From Callorhinchus milii (Eukaryota): DNA of 64,000 bases. The notes below the pieces were generated by a model, which was not told the origin of the DNA, did not search any database, and saw nothing but the letters and a program-made list of their open reading frames with translations. The DNA lies in the NCBI RefSeq assembly GCF_018977255.1, contig NW_024704742.1:80230001-80294000 (forward strand), read 5' to 3'. A program made the position numbers and the translations under genes. Below, piece after piece: positions 14,311 through 26,864 of the stretch; position 1 is the first letter of the stretch; each line of letters opens with the position of its first letter.

Positions 14311-14429
14311 CTCAATTAATGAGTAGGTGTTGAACTATATTTTTCTGAAATTGTTAGGGGTTGAGCATTGTTCACAAATTCTGTACTAACCTTTTCTGTA
14401 TTTATGTTTCTGTGTAGCACATCAAACAT

Positions 14430-14780
14430 CAACCATTGTGGGTATAAGACCAACGTTGGGATTTTGAGTTTATAGGCTAGGCTGACACTACGAAGTGCTG
14501 GGGTGTGCTGTATTGTTGAAGGTGCTGTGAAACTGAGGTCCTGTCTGTCTGTTCAGGTGAACATCAAAGATGCCCTAGCACTATTTGAAAAGAGAAGGGA
14601 CTTTGTCCCAGTGTCTGGCTAACAATCTCCCAAATACAATTGGTCACTCACTTAATTGCTGTGTGTATATTGGCTTCTGTGTTCACCTGCAAATACCCAG
14701 TCACTTCACAGCAAATTCTGTAAAGAACGATGAGATGTTTTGAAGTGCTAAAGTGCTATATTAAATTCAAGGATTATTAT
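14430..14780 (+). mobile_element. Older Deu-domain SINE, family 2
   Basis: TAGGCTGACACT...CTGTTCAGGTGAACATCAAAGAT...GCACTATTTGAAAAGAGAAGG core and AAGGATTATT tail. Confidence 0.75.
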
Positions 14781-16409
14781 CTAGTTGTTTTATGGCTGCA
14801 CAATTGCATTCCCTTGAAGCAATATTTGTTGCTGCAGTGTGGACACGCAATTACTGTACAAACCAGTTTGCAGTGATTTTTGATAGGTCAGGGGCGTATG
14901 ACAGATGTGGAGCAATAGCATAAGGCAAACGTTAAAAGGGTGCACATTTATCACAGCAAAAAGAAGTCAGAAATTGGATTTGTGGATAATGCACATTTAC
15001 TGAATCAATATTATTCGACGAGAACATCATTTAGAAAGGGATGGAAGTAGTGCAGTTTGCGGTTTTAGGAAAAGTGCTGTGTAAAGAGAAACGTCCACAT
15101 AAGAAAAAGTTTGAAAGCACCAGCACATTTTGCAGGCTGAAGGAAGTGTCGTTTAAAATGCAAGTCATTCTTTGTTCTTTTTTATTTAAATAAAAGAATA
15201 TTAAGACTCATCAAGGGAAACAGCAATCCTTTTCTGTCAGCACTTGACTTACTGATTTTTGTTTGGCTGTGAAATAGTTTCCTTTACTTAAATTCTCTCA
15301 ATTAAAGTCCAAACTTCTAATAATCAGAATAAACAGGAGCTGATTGAACATGCATTCTGTCAATATATACAATGCAATTCTACAAAGCACAACCTAAACA
15401 AAACTACTTTCTGAATGGGATTTTCAGGCAGAGTCTCCAAATATAACTTGCCATTTTGCCTTCCACCATTAACATCTAAATGAATGAAACCCACAGTTTG
15501 TTACTACGAAACATGATACAGACTCATGGCTGAACCACTGGCAAATCAGAGGCAGATGCATGACTAAACTGCTGAGATATTGAGGTACTGCATTCATCAC
15601 TGGACTGCTGAGAATGGTGATATGATAATTTAAATCATAGTTGAATATTATGAAAAATATTTTAATGATTCCAGAGAGAAAAAAGAACAAATCCAGCCTT
15701 TGTTTCTTGGGTTGGTATTTTCTCACTGTGGGACTGATCTGGATCCTCACCTGAGTAATTTCAGATGAATCAAATAACGGTGAAAAGTTTACAGTGTGTA
15801 ATTATCACCATTGATAATTGTTCTGACTGACTCATTAGCAAATAATAAATTCATCACATTTTTGATTGTGTTATTGATGTTATTGCATTTAAATAAAAAT
15901 CAATTGCTTTGAATTAATTTTTGAAACTCTATTATAGATAATTTAGCTACAGGGAAATTTCAGCAAAGCTCAATGGAAAAGATGATTCTCCGGAAATACT
16001 GAACTTTGTAAAATATGGAAACGTATTTATTCTGACAATTTTCAATTAGTTTGTAGTGATGAGATGCAAATTAAATTATAAATCAATCTGAATTACATTG
16101 AACTGATATTTTTTCAGAAAAAAATCAATACATACCTATACAAACTCAGATTTCTTTGTTACTTTTGCTTTTTAAAAAAATGTTTCAATGGGATAGCTCA
16201 TTGACTTTTCTCTGCTGGGACCTGGGCTTCAAAGCAACCCAGATGATGGGATGAAAATCTTCAGTGTTGCTAGATCTGAAGGGCTGTATGTGAAGTGAAC
16301 TTTGGTAGTCTCAACCCAGAGTACAAGATCATAAGATTAGATCAGATGAAGAAGGCCCCTTTCAGCCCAGCTGACCTCATCATTCCAGAATAACCAAACA
16401 TGTTGTCAA

Positions 16410-16715
16410 GACATCTCAAAACACTATATAAGGTATGTTGTAAAGTGATATGGCTGTGTGCATTTTGTGGATGCAGCTAAGGTATCCCACATTAACAACC
16501 ATGGAGTGAATAATCAATTTTATTTGAGGGATTGTTGGCCAATTCACCGGGAGAAACTCCCTACTCTTTTCAAATAGTATCATGGGGTCTTGAACACCAT
16601 CTGGACAGGGAGAGAGGCAGATAGAACCTCGGTTTAATGTTTGATCTGAAGGATGGAACCTCCGACAACGCAGACACCTCATGCACCACTTTGGAGCATC
16701 AAACCTAGATTATGT
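16410..16715 (-). mobile_element. Older Deu-domain SINE, family 2
   Basis: Same family 2 core on the minus strand. Confidence 0.7.
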
Positions 16716-19700
16716 CTGTACCATTAGGAGGTCCTTTTCAACTGTTTGGCCTGAAGCACATTGTTGGAGCTGAGTATTGGGTGCTTTATTTCTAATTGTG
16801 TTGTACCTGCGCTCAGTGGCAAGATCCGCCACTGTTAAGTGCTCCGAGATTCTAACCCATATACAGGGTGCTATATATAGATGCAAGTTGTTGTTGTTTT
16901 ACTTGAGGCCTGTTTGTTGGTCCTGTACGTGGAACTGTTCCATTTCCCAGCACTTGTATCCCTCTCTCTGCAAAACAGATTTTCAAAAAGAAACTTTTGA
17001 AGGCAATGGGTACACGTACTGTATCTGGGGAATGTACATTAAAGAAAAAACGTTTGTGGGGTTCAATAGATAACATGCTCTTTGTGACAAACTGAATTAT
17101 TGCTGCAAGATAAATGTGCTTGTTAAAACTTTCTTTAGTCGGTGTACTGATCTGTCGCTTGTAGGTCTCAAATAGGATAAAGTAGGTGATTCCCTCAGTA
17201 TGTACTACAAGGCCTGGGGGATGGGAAGAAATTTCTGTGTGAATGGTTTGGTTGAGTTCTCACATTATCTTTATTGTTTCACCTTGGTTCTACACAATAC
17301 TTGAGGTGCATCCCTTTTGTTTATGTACCCTTAAGGGACATTGCTGGGCACAAATTGGCCATTTGCCTACAAAATACACAGTCCTCTGAAGTGCTTTGAG
17401 AAATCTCCCAACGTGAGAAGGAGTATATCAAATATAAGGATTATTTTTATAATTACAATATGAGACAATAAATTTGTCGAGACTATAAATTACTAAGGAT
17501 TCAATTTGCATAGAATTTCCCATCACAAGGACTTTTAAGACTTCCCTTGTTTTTCTCAAACTGTTGCCAAGCTCGTCTGATTATGATTTATTCTCCTGCA
17601 TTGGTTTAGTTTCTTTCCTCCACAATCCAATAGTCCTTATTGCATGAGTTGGTCTCTATCGACTGAAAAATTCCACGGAAATATGTTTTTTTTTGTTAGT
17701 TGCTTGAACCTGCAAGATGGACATCAACATGTTTTCATTGACTCTGGGTCATTGGGGAGGGGGATTTTAATCTGAAATTAATTCTGAATATTGAAATAAT
17801 GAAAGATAATAATCCTTACATTTGATATAGTGCCTTTCAGAGTGGAGAAACGTCGCAAAGAGCTTCACAGGATTTAATATACAGCGCAGAGGTTGCATTT
17901 GCTAGGCAAACACGATAATCAATTTGTGCACAGCAATGTCCCCCAAACAGCCATGAAGTTAATGCCAAATTTTATGTATGTCATAATACATATATATCTT
18001 CTATCTTCTTCTTTTGTCTATATCTTGTTTTATATATACTAATAAAATGACAATGTCTGTGTCTACACTTCAAGAAGGATCTCAATAACTGTTTGATGAA
18101 GAGACATGATTTGTACCTCATCAGAAAGGTCTTGCAACTGGGAGTGACTTGGGCGTATTTGTTTTTGGGTATCCCCCATTGTTCATGAGTTATGACCTAA
18201 ATGTATTTCAGTTTTGCGTTTTGCGCTGCATTTACACCTGGTGGCCGCACGGGCTGACTGTGGTGCTGTGGCAACCTGCGTCACAGAGCACGCACATAAC
18301 CAAGTGGTAGCAGAAACAAAATAACACAGACAAAGCTAAGCCATGGCAACAACAGCAAGATTACATTTTTAAAGTGCCAGTGATTATAGACTTCACATTT
18401 ATATTAATCATTATAAAGATGCCAAAACGAAACTCAAATCTATTAAGGATAAGCAAAAATGCTAGACAAGAGAAGGCCCATTGAATGAAACTGAAGAACA
18501 AAGAACAGCGTGGCTGCACTTCAATGCTGACAGGATTGTAACAGAAGACCAAAATGAGTTGCCTACTGAAAAAACAGCACGGCCAAAATGAGTCCTCCCA
18601 CAGGAGTCCTCCCAGATGAGTATAGATAAGATGAAATGTCCATCTGTGTGTCTGTCTTCTCTACATATTGGATCCTTTGATTGCAAGCAAAGCTGCAATG
18701 GGTACAGCTAGTATATATATATATATATATATACATATACATATTGTATTAGTTTACCACAGTTGGAAACACTTCTGTGGTGGATTTGTGCCCCCATGTC
18801 AAGACTTCAAATTCATGGTTTAAATTAATGCTCCAATGCACTGGTGGATGAGGACTGTGTTGTTGGGCATGGTGCTTTTAGGGTGAGACCTTAAATCAAA
18901 GTCAATGGGCAGATATTATAGATCCAATAGCATCATTCAAAAAGAGAAGGATGTTGACTTACAAAATAGACCCTACACCTTTCACCAGTTACTTGTGACT
19001 AGCTTTACGGTACAATTTCTGTTGATCAATATACAATCTGTATTTATGGAGGTGTAAAGGGAACAATGTTTATAAAAAAAATTATTATAGTGCATTTCTG
19101 CTTATAAAGAATCCAATAATTTACAACATTATTACAATCTAATAAAATGGCAAGTATTTGTTTTTAAAATGAAGGCAGAAGCAATTAAAGTTTGAATATT
19201 TTGTGAGGGAGGAAAGCCTTGTGGATGGGCAACTAACTGTAGGGCATCAAATCATCTGCAAGATTAATATGAAACATGGCAAATATGTTAATGGAGATAG
19301 CAAACACAAATAAAACCGAAGACTGTGTACAAGAAAAATGGAACAGGATTGAACATTTGACAAGTTCTGCATTAAATGAACTGCAAAATGTGGTGTGAAG
19401 CCTACTAAAAGGCAGATCACAAATGTACCCATTCTATTATTTAATCACACAGTAATGAGAGATATAGTGCAAGAGTTTGCTTTAACACTAGAGATCATGC
19501 ACTCAGGATATATCAACATGGCAGTGAGTGGTTCAGCAAATGCGAGCACACCCCCCTTTGATCCACCGTAGTCCATCTAGTCACTTTGCCAATTTATTGT
19601 AGAGAGTATTTATTTGTAATTGTTTTTGTCCCCTGTCCAGCTTTTTTTTTAATCTTGCTCTGATTCTTGATGCTGTTTAAAGGTAATACTGTCAGATGCT

Positions 19701-20367
19701 CACAGCTTTATTTCTTGCTCCCTGTCTCATTTTATGATAGATAAAATTGGTCATTCACTTTGTGGCTGTTTGTGGGACAATGCTTGCAGTGTTTGCCTGG
19801 AAATATATAGTCATTATCCTTTACAGTACATCCTGTGATGCATTTTGAGATCTTTTGATGACATGATAAGGTGCTATATCAATTGCATGTATTACTATTA
19901 TTTTTCCTTATATATCGGTTTGGCTTTGATGTTCCTTCTATTGATTTATTTATCTTATTCTTGGTGAACATCTGCATATTTTCTTCCTTACAAAGTTAGA
20001 CTTGTTGTAGACTCTTGTTGTTGTTGTAGACTTGTTTTCCTCCTGGTTCTTCCTTTTACTTATTATTTTCCTTTGTCAAAATCTCTATCCTCCATCTTTT
20101 TATTCTGGTAAGTTTTCTTTTATTTGTGATGAATATTATTTACTTCTTCAATTTTCAGCTGCACCAAACGCCGCCACCATTCCACAGAGGAGTGTGTGTG
20201 TAACTTTTTCCAAGGGCAGTAGTAAGACTACTTTCTGACTAACATCTCATTTGCCCTTTGATTAATAGCTAGTATAAAATAACATCAAAATATATGAGCA
20301 CCCTATTGTTAAATTCTGTTATGTATTCATTATATCACTGCTTTATTTCCGCAAGGAATTGCACAAT

Positions 20368-20790
20368 TAATAATAATAATTTTTATATTTGATATTGCAC
20401 CTTATCATAATGTTCAGATGTCTGAAAACATTTCACAGGATGTACTGTAAAGTGGATTGACTATGTATTTTGTGGACAAAATGCAGCAGCCAGTTACAAT
20501 ATCCCACAAACATCAGCTATGGAGTGAGTGACAAATATTATTTGGGGGATTGTTGGCCAGGAAACTGGGAGAAACTCCCTTCTCTTTGTGAATAGTGCCA
20601 AGGATCTTTAATATCCACCTGAACAGGTAGACAGGACCTCGGTTTACATTTGGTTGATCCGAAGGATGGCACCTCCAACAATGCAATACACCCCAAGCAC
20701 TGCATTGGAGTGTCAGCTTAGACTATGTGATTCTAATTCCCAACGTGGAGCTTGAACCCACAACCTTCCTACCACCGCGCCAGGCTGACA
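20368..20790 (-). mobile_element. Older Deu-domain SINE, family 2, near full length
   Basis: tRNA-like head (TGTCAGCCTGG...GGTTCAAGCTCC on the minus strand), Deu core, (ATT)n tail. Confidence 0.8.
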
Positions 20791-23629
20791 CACATACATC
20801 AATAAGACTAATCCCTTCATGTTGCAGGGATTAGCTATGAAGAACCGCATAAGATAGAATTATTCAGCCTTGAAAACCAATCTCTCAGAGGAACTTGCAT
20901 TAAGGGGTGTGAGATGCTTAACTGGATTGAGGAAGTAAACCTGTGACTGTAATTTCAGATACATCACAGGAACAAGACAAACGGGCACAAATTCAGGCTT
21001 GTGCAAAGCAAATTTAGATCAAACACCAGAAGGTATTGCTTTACACAGGTTAATCACCAGGTGGGATGGATTATTAGGAATGGTGATTGAGGCCAGGACA
21101 TTGCACTCATTTATAAGCAATTTAAAGCTCTTCTGGAAAGACATGTAATGTTCAGATGAGATCAAAAGGGCATAAAGTCCTTCATGTGAAAAGCTAATGA
21201 TCTTGCTCACAGTTTGCAAAGTACATTTGTTGCATTCATTCTTGAAACTCATTTTATTCCTACTTTACTATATTTCCTACAGTAATGCATTTTCGGTAAT
21301 TTATTACTGGGGATGTACTATTGAAAGAAAGCCGTTAAAGTATTGAGCTATTCACAATGGCACCATTTGCCTTTTGAAGAATTTGCCCAGCGGAGATTAC
21401 CTAGGGTTTTAATTGTTTTTTTTAATTAAGCAATCTGGGACGTTACCTTACATCAAGGGCACTACAATAAATGCATGTTGTGGTTGTTATTGTTTTAGGT
21501 AGAGCTTGTGGAAGTAGCAGGCTTGAATACTAAAGTGTTTTTTTGTTCCATAGATATATATCTGAAAATGAGAAATGCAAATGAGGAAAGTCAGGAGAAT
21601 GACTGAAGGGATAACTCTTTAAGAGAATCAGCACAGGCACATTGGGCTTCTTCTATACTCTAAATGTCTACCATTCCATGCTATTTTTCTAGTTTACAAT
21701 TCTTTGATAGTGTTTTCCATCATCAAGAGAAAATGCCATTGCACCAGATAGAATTTTTTCCCACTTCTAGTCTGTAGACTATCTTTACAAGTCCTACAGG
21801 GACATGAATATATTACTTTTCCATCAATTTTAATCGGATGTGCAGCACCATAACCATTCAGCAAACCATTTTGTATTTACCACCTCAGCAGAGAATAAGC
21901 TCTCAAAGTCCTTTGTGCTGTTGGCTGTTTTATTTCGACTTTCATTCTCCATGATGGGGAGAAGGTGAGATTTAAAGATAGCAAGTAGGAAGATATAGAA
22001 GTAGTACACTTTTTATAACTCCTGCTTCTCAAACGTGCTCCTCACTGCTCTCCCAGTTCCACCATCCACAAGGTTCAGATAATCCCAAACTCTGCCATTT
22101 GTATCCATCACCCTTATCCTCGCCAGGTACCACAAGCACCCTGTCTCTGAATGGATCGGCTTCAAGGTCCTCACCATTACATATACATATTTTCATGCGT
22201 TAGCACCTCCCTATTTCTCTGATATGTTTAAATCCCACACTACATAACTCTATCCCTCTGCCTTGCCTACTCTCAATCTATCTTTAAATCCCACTTCAAA
22301 ATCTACCTCTTAGGACAGTGAAATGGCCATTACCCCCTGTTCTTTCCTTCTTTCTCAGTGTCCAAGCCCACCACTGTGAAGCGGACCAAGACATTATCCT
22401 GTATGACAGGCGCTGTACAAATATAAGTTTTAATTGCTTTATTTTGTTCTTTATTCCTCTCAGTTGCTGGGGAGAGGGGAGTTATAGGAACAATGTACAG
22501 AAAATTACAAAAGCAGTTGTGGAACAGCGACTGAATTCAGTAATTGTTTTGATCGGTAAGTAATTCAATGCAAGTTACAAAAATACATAAAATGTGCTTA
22601 ATGTCTATTTTTCACTGCTCAACTAAGCAAGCATTGTATAATTATATTTATCAATATTAAGCTAGAAACCAATTTTAAGTAGTTGCAGTTTAGTTGACTG
22701 GCAAGTGCCTTGTGGCTCAATCATAAAATAAGAATCTGAAACTGATCTGGAAAATGAACAAGTTGTTAGTTTATAAAGGGCAATTTATATCTTCTAATTT
22801 TTTTAAATTTATGTTAATAGTGGCTTTGTTTTTGAATAACAGTTTTAGAGGGGATGAAGGGATGGGTTATCAGACACCTTGTTGATAAACTTTTGGCAAT
22901 TATCTATTTTATACATAGAAACACTGGAGTCGCGAGGTTTCCAGTTTCTGGAGAAGAGAATAGAGATGGAGAGGAGGAGGATAATGGAGTAGAGAGGGTT
23001 GGAAAGAGGAGGATAGAGATGGGGAAGGATGATAAAAATGGAGGTGTAGTTGGGGAGGGGGAGGAGGAGGTAGAGATGAGGAGGATAGAGATGAAGGAAG
23101 GAGGAGAACAGTGTGAATAGGAAAGAGATGATATAATAATAATAATAATCCTTGCAATTGATACCTTATTACATCTTCGAGACATCTTCGAGATGTCTCA
23201 AAGCACTTCACAGAATATAATGTAAAATTAATTGACTGTATATTTTGTGGGCGAAACACGGCAGCCAATTGCACACAGCAGTGTCCCATAAATAGCCACG
23301 GATTGAGTGACCACCTTATAGTAAATCCTTTGAGACATTTTGATGACATAAGGCGCCCTATATCAAATGTAATGATTACTATTATTATTATTATTATGTT
23401 ATTACAGTTTAAATCACTCTGTAGAGGCAATTTCTAAGTGGTTTTCAATGATGGGTCAGCAAGACCAATAACATTGCTACTTTATATATGAATATGCAAA
23501 TATATATTTAAGCTTCCTAAATGGCTACTTTTGCAGGTTAATATTTTGTTGACCAGGTATTTTGTCAAGCCACCTTTGAATAGACATATTAACAGTTTCA
23601 GTTGCACCACTGACTCGGGGAACTGTGTT

Positions 23630-24005
23630 TGTTTGCCACATTCAATTTGTAGATCGATATATTTCCTGATTTTCTCCAGTTCCTGATTTTTCACATTGTA
23701 ATGACTTGGGATAGCCACATCAATAATACTACACGTACAATCCATTTGATTCTTTCTGATACTATTTGGACTGTTACAGCTGATTGTCCTGTTTCAGACA
23801 CAAGCTGTACTTGTGAATCCCAGATTATTGTGATGTTTCTCAATGTCACTTTTGCTGATGTTTATTCCAGTTGGTCTTTACATCAATATCAAAGTGTTTA
23901 CAAATTATCCAGTGAATATGTTTAGTTACATTATTATGTCTAATCAGAAATTCTGTTTGTGCCAGGGCTGGATATGACATGACAACAATATGTGGTCCAC
24001 TGTTT
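23630..24005 (-). mobile_element. Fossil RLE-type non-LTR retrotransposon C-terminus (R4/Dong-like)
   Basis: Minus strand, with frameshifts, gives VDHIV..YPALAQTEFLIRHNNVTKHIHWIICK..WNKHQ..IIWDSQVQ..CSIIDVAIPSHYNVKNQELEKIRKYIDLQIE. This is a zinc-knuckle remnant, the RHN motif and the D..EK..KY restriction-like endonuclease motifs. Confidence 0.8.
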
Positions 24006-24274
24006 TGATTTATTATTTAAATAATAATTATTATTGTTATGACAGTAATAATGTAGATTATTATATTAATACTGATAATTATTATTTAAATAGTATCAGT
24101 CCAAATAGTATCAGAAAGAATCAAATGGATTGTACATGTAGTATTATTGATGTGGCTATCCCAAGTCATTACAATGTGAAAAATCAGGAACTGGAGAAAA
24201 TCAGGAAATATATTGATAATTATTATTTAAATAATAATTAAGGTTTAACATTTCTGCATGTATAGCCTTTCAAA

Positions 24275-25098
24275 CACAGTGATCACAACATCATTAGGTT
24301 TAGAGTACTTATGGAAAGGGACAAGGAAAAATCAAAGGTGAAGATACTCAACTGGAAGAGGGCTAATTTCAGTTAAGTTAAAAGGGGACCCAGTCAAGAT
24401 TGGAAGAAATAACAGCTAACGAGCAATGGGAAGCCTTCAAGGAGGAGATAGTTTGGGGACAGAACAAATACAAAGGGGAAAGGTAGGGCATCCAAACCTC
24501 CCTGGTTGAATAAGGAAATTGAGATTAAAATAAAACAGAAAACGGAGGTTTGTGATAAATGTCAGGTCCAAAATACAGAAGATAATCAAATAGAATATGG
24601 AAAGTACAGAGGAGAACTAAAGAAGGAAATAAGAGGGGAAAAATAGATTATATGAGAAAAGATTAGTGGATAACATAAAAGGGAACCCTAAGGTATTTTA
24701 TAAGCATATAAAGAATAAAAGGTTAGTCAAAGGTAGGGTGGGTACAATAAGGGATCAAAGAATAAATATTCTTGTGGAGGCAGAGGGCATGGCTGCCGGA
24801 CTGAATGAGTACTTTGCATCTGTCTTCACAAAATAAATGGATACAGCCAATGCCATGGTATCAGAGGAGAGGGTAGAACAATTGGATAGGATAAGATTAT
24901 ACTGAGAAGAGGTACTATAAAGGTTGTCGGTGCTCAAGGTAACTAAGTCACCCGGTCCGGACGAGATGCATCCTAGGTTACTGAGGGAAGTAAAGGTGGA
25001 AATAGCGGAGGCTCTGGCCACAATCTTTCAATCCTCCTTGGATACCGGAGTGGTGCCAGAGGACTGGAGACTTGCAAATGTTACTCCCCTGTACAAAA
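24275..25098 (+). mobile_element. CR1 LINE internal ORF2 fragment
   Basis: Colinear with about 11590-12435 (KGNPKVFYKHIK, KSPGPDEMHPRLL); many stops. Confidence 0.9.
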
Positions 25099-25399
25099 CG
25101 TACATTAAAATTGGACAACCTTTGTTTATAATTAGAATATTTTCATGGGTAATATTTCTGCAGTGCACCATTTGCTAGGTCTTACAATTTATTTTACTCA
25201 GCAGAAACAGTAAAAGAATAAAGGAAGGCTATTTGTTCAAAACACCTTCGCAGTACCATCCATTATAAATATCAATTTATGAGGACATCCTAGAATAAAG
25301 CAAGAAGGCATAACTACTAGATAAACTAACCAAGTCAATGAAGATGAATACAAGTAGCCAAGAGAAGAAATGGCAAAGGATGTGGAAAGACAAAAACAA

Positions 25400-25720
25400 C
25401 AATACCTTTCATTTGTGTAGTGCCTCTCATGCAAGGTAGAGTCTTAGAGCTCTATTAGTGGCGCAGGCCAACACCGAGCCAGGGTGTGTGGGGCGGGGGA
25501 AGGGTGACTGTAAGCACATTCGAAGAGAAAGGTCTTCAGACATAACCATAAGATGGGGCAGGAGGGGTCAAGGTGGAGGGATTGAAGGAGAGTGTTCCAT
25601 AGTTTGGCAGTGTAGTGGCTGAAAATGTGGCTGATGGTGGAGCAGAGGTCACGAGGGACAAGCAGGAGGCTGGAGCCAGTCAAGCGGAAGATGCGGATAG
25701 TGGATTGGGGAGGTAGGGAG
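25400..25720 (-). mobile_element. Degenerate L2 3' fragment
   Basis: KLWNTL...LKTFLF remnant and an L2-type tail. Confidence 0.6.
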
Positions 25721-26864
25721 ATACAAGGGAATGAGAATATAAAGATAGTGAGAGAGAGAGGCCCAAGGATTTAGAAAGCTTAATGAAGAAATGATGCAGG
25801 AATGGTGATGTTCTCATGAAAATGCATAGAAATCAGAATAACTTACTGCTGTGCCTCAGATTATTCTTTGCAAAGTTCTTACATCAACAACAAAATTAGA
25901 GCTGCAAGCCAATTTTAAGAATTAAATTGTCTGCTAAAGTTGATCTTGCTAAGTGTGATTCCTTGAACCTGTTGACTGAGTCATGCAACAGGAATCCATG
26001 CTTTTATTTCCATGCAACGCAATTTACTTTTATGTAGTGGCTTTCAGAAAATGTAAAAGCAGCATTCAGTGGAAGTCTCTGTTTTTCCCTTTGACATTAC
26101 AGAAGCCTGTTTTCTAATTCAGGCACTATCTAAGCAGGCAAGTCACAATTTGTTCGCAATCAATCTACACCCACAATTCAATCAGTTCATCTCCTGACAC
26201 GGGAATCAATTTCTGCAGTCAAATTTCTCAAGAAAGAAAAGACGGAAACGCTGTGAATATATGTAATGACAAGGGAGACGGATCTGTGAAACTACCCTCT
26301 CACCACCCTATGAGCACCACAACCTCCATGGCAGGAGGTTAATTAATAAGTCTATAGCCTCATTCAGGTTACACTTACTCAAGGAACATCTTTAGAATAA
26401 ACCATCAGGCAGGCCGCAGAACATCTTGGAATGGATTCATAACTTGAAAGCAACCTTGTCAGGAGGCAGCTCATCAAATTAACTGAAGTCTGCGATCATC
26501 GGCTGATCAACAAATCCTGAAGGATGTCTTTATGCTTTCAGAGCATAAAGGGCTCAGAAGTATTCCAGGGCACTGTCGATGATAGCACAGCCAGGCTTGC
26601 TAATTTGAAAGACTTGGAATGGAACTCCAGTCACCGGGGGCAAGAACACTTCCCACTCATCTCCCAATAACCCTGCAAGCCAAATGGGTAGTGCGGTCCA
26701 GCTGAACAAGCAGCGGGAAAGCTTGCCAAGTAGAGCTCTCATTGATAAGCTACGCAGTTTTAGCTGGTTCGACTCCAGCAGTACCCCAATGCACTCTGGT
26801 GTACACAAGCCTGGCTCTTGCCGACCAGTGCCTAATGCTTTCTGGAAAAAGGTAAGCAGGATAA

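Noticed and set aside
22940..23130. Glu/Gly-rich ORF
   Set aside because: Purine-rich low-complexity tract.
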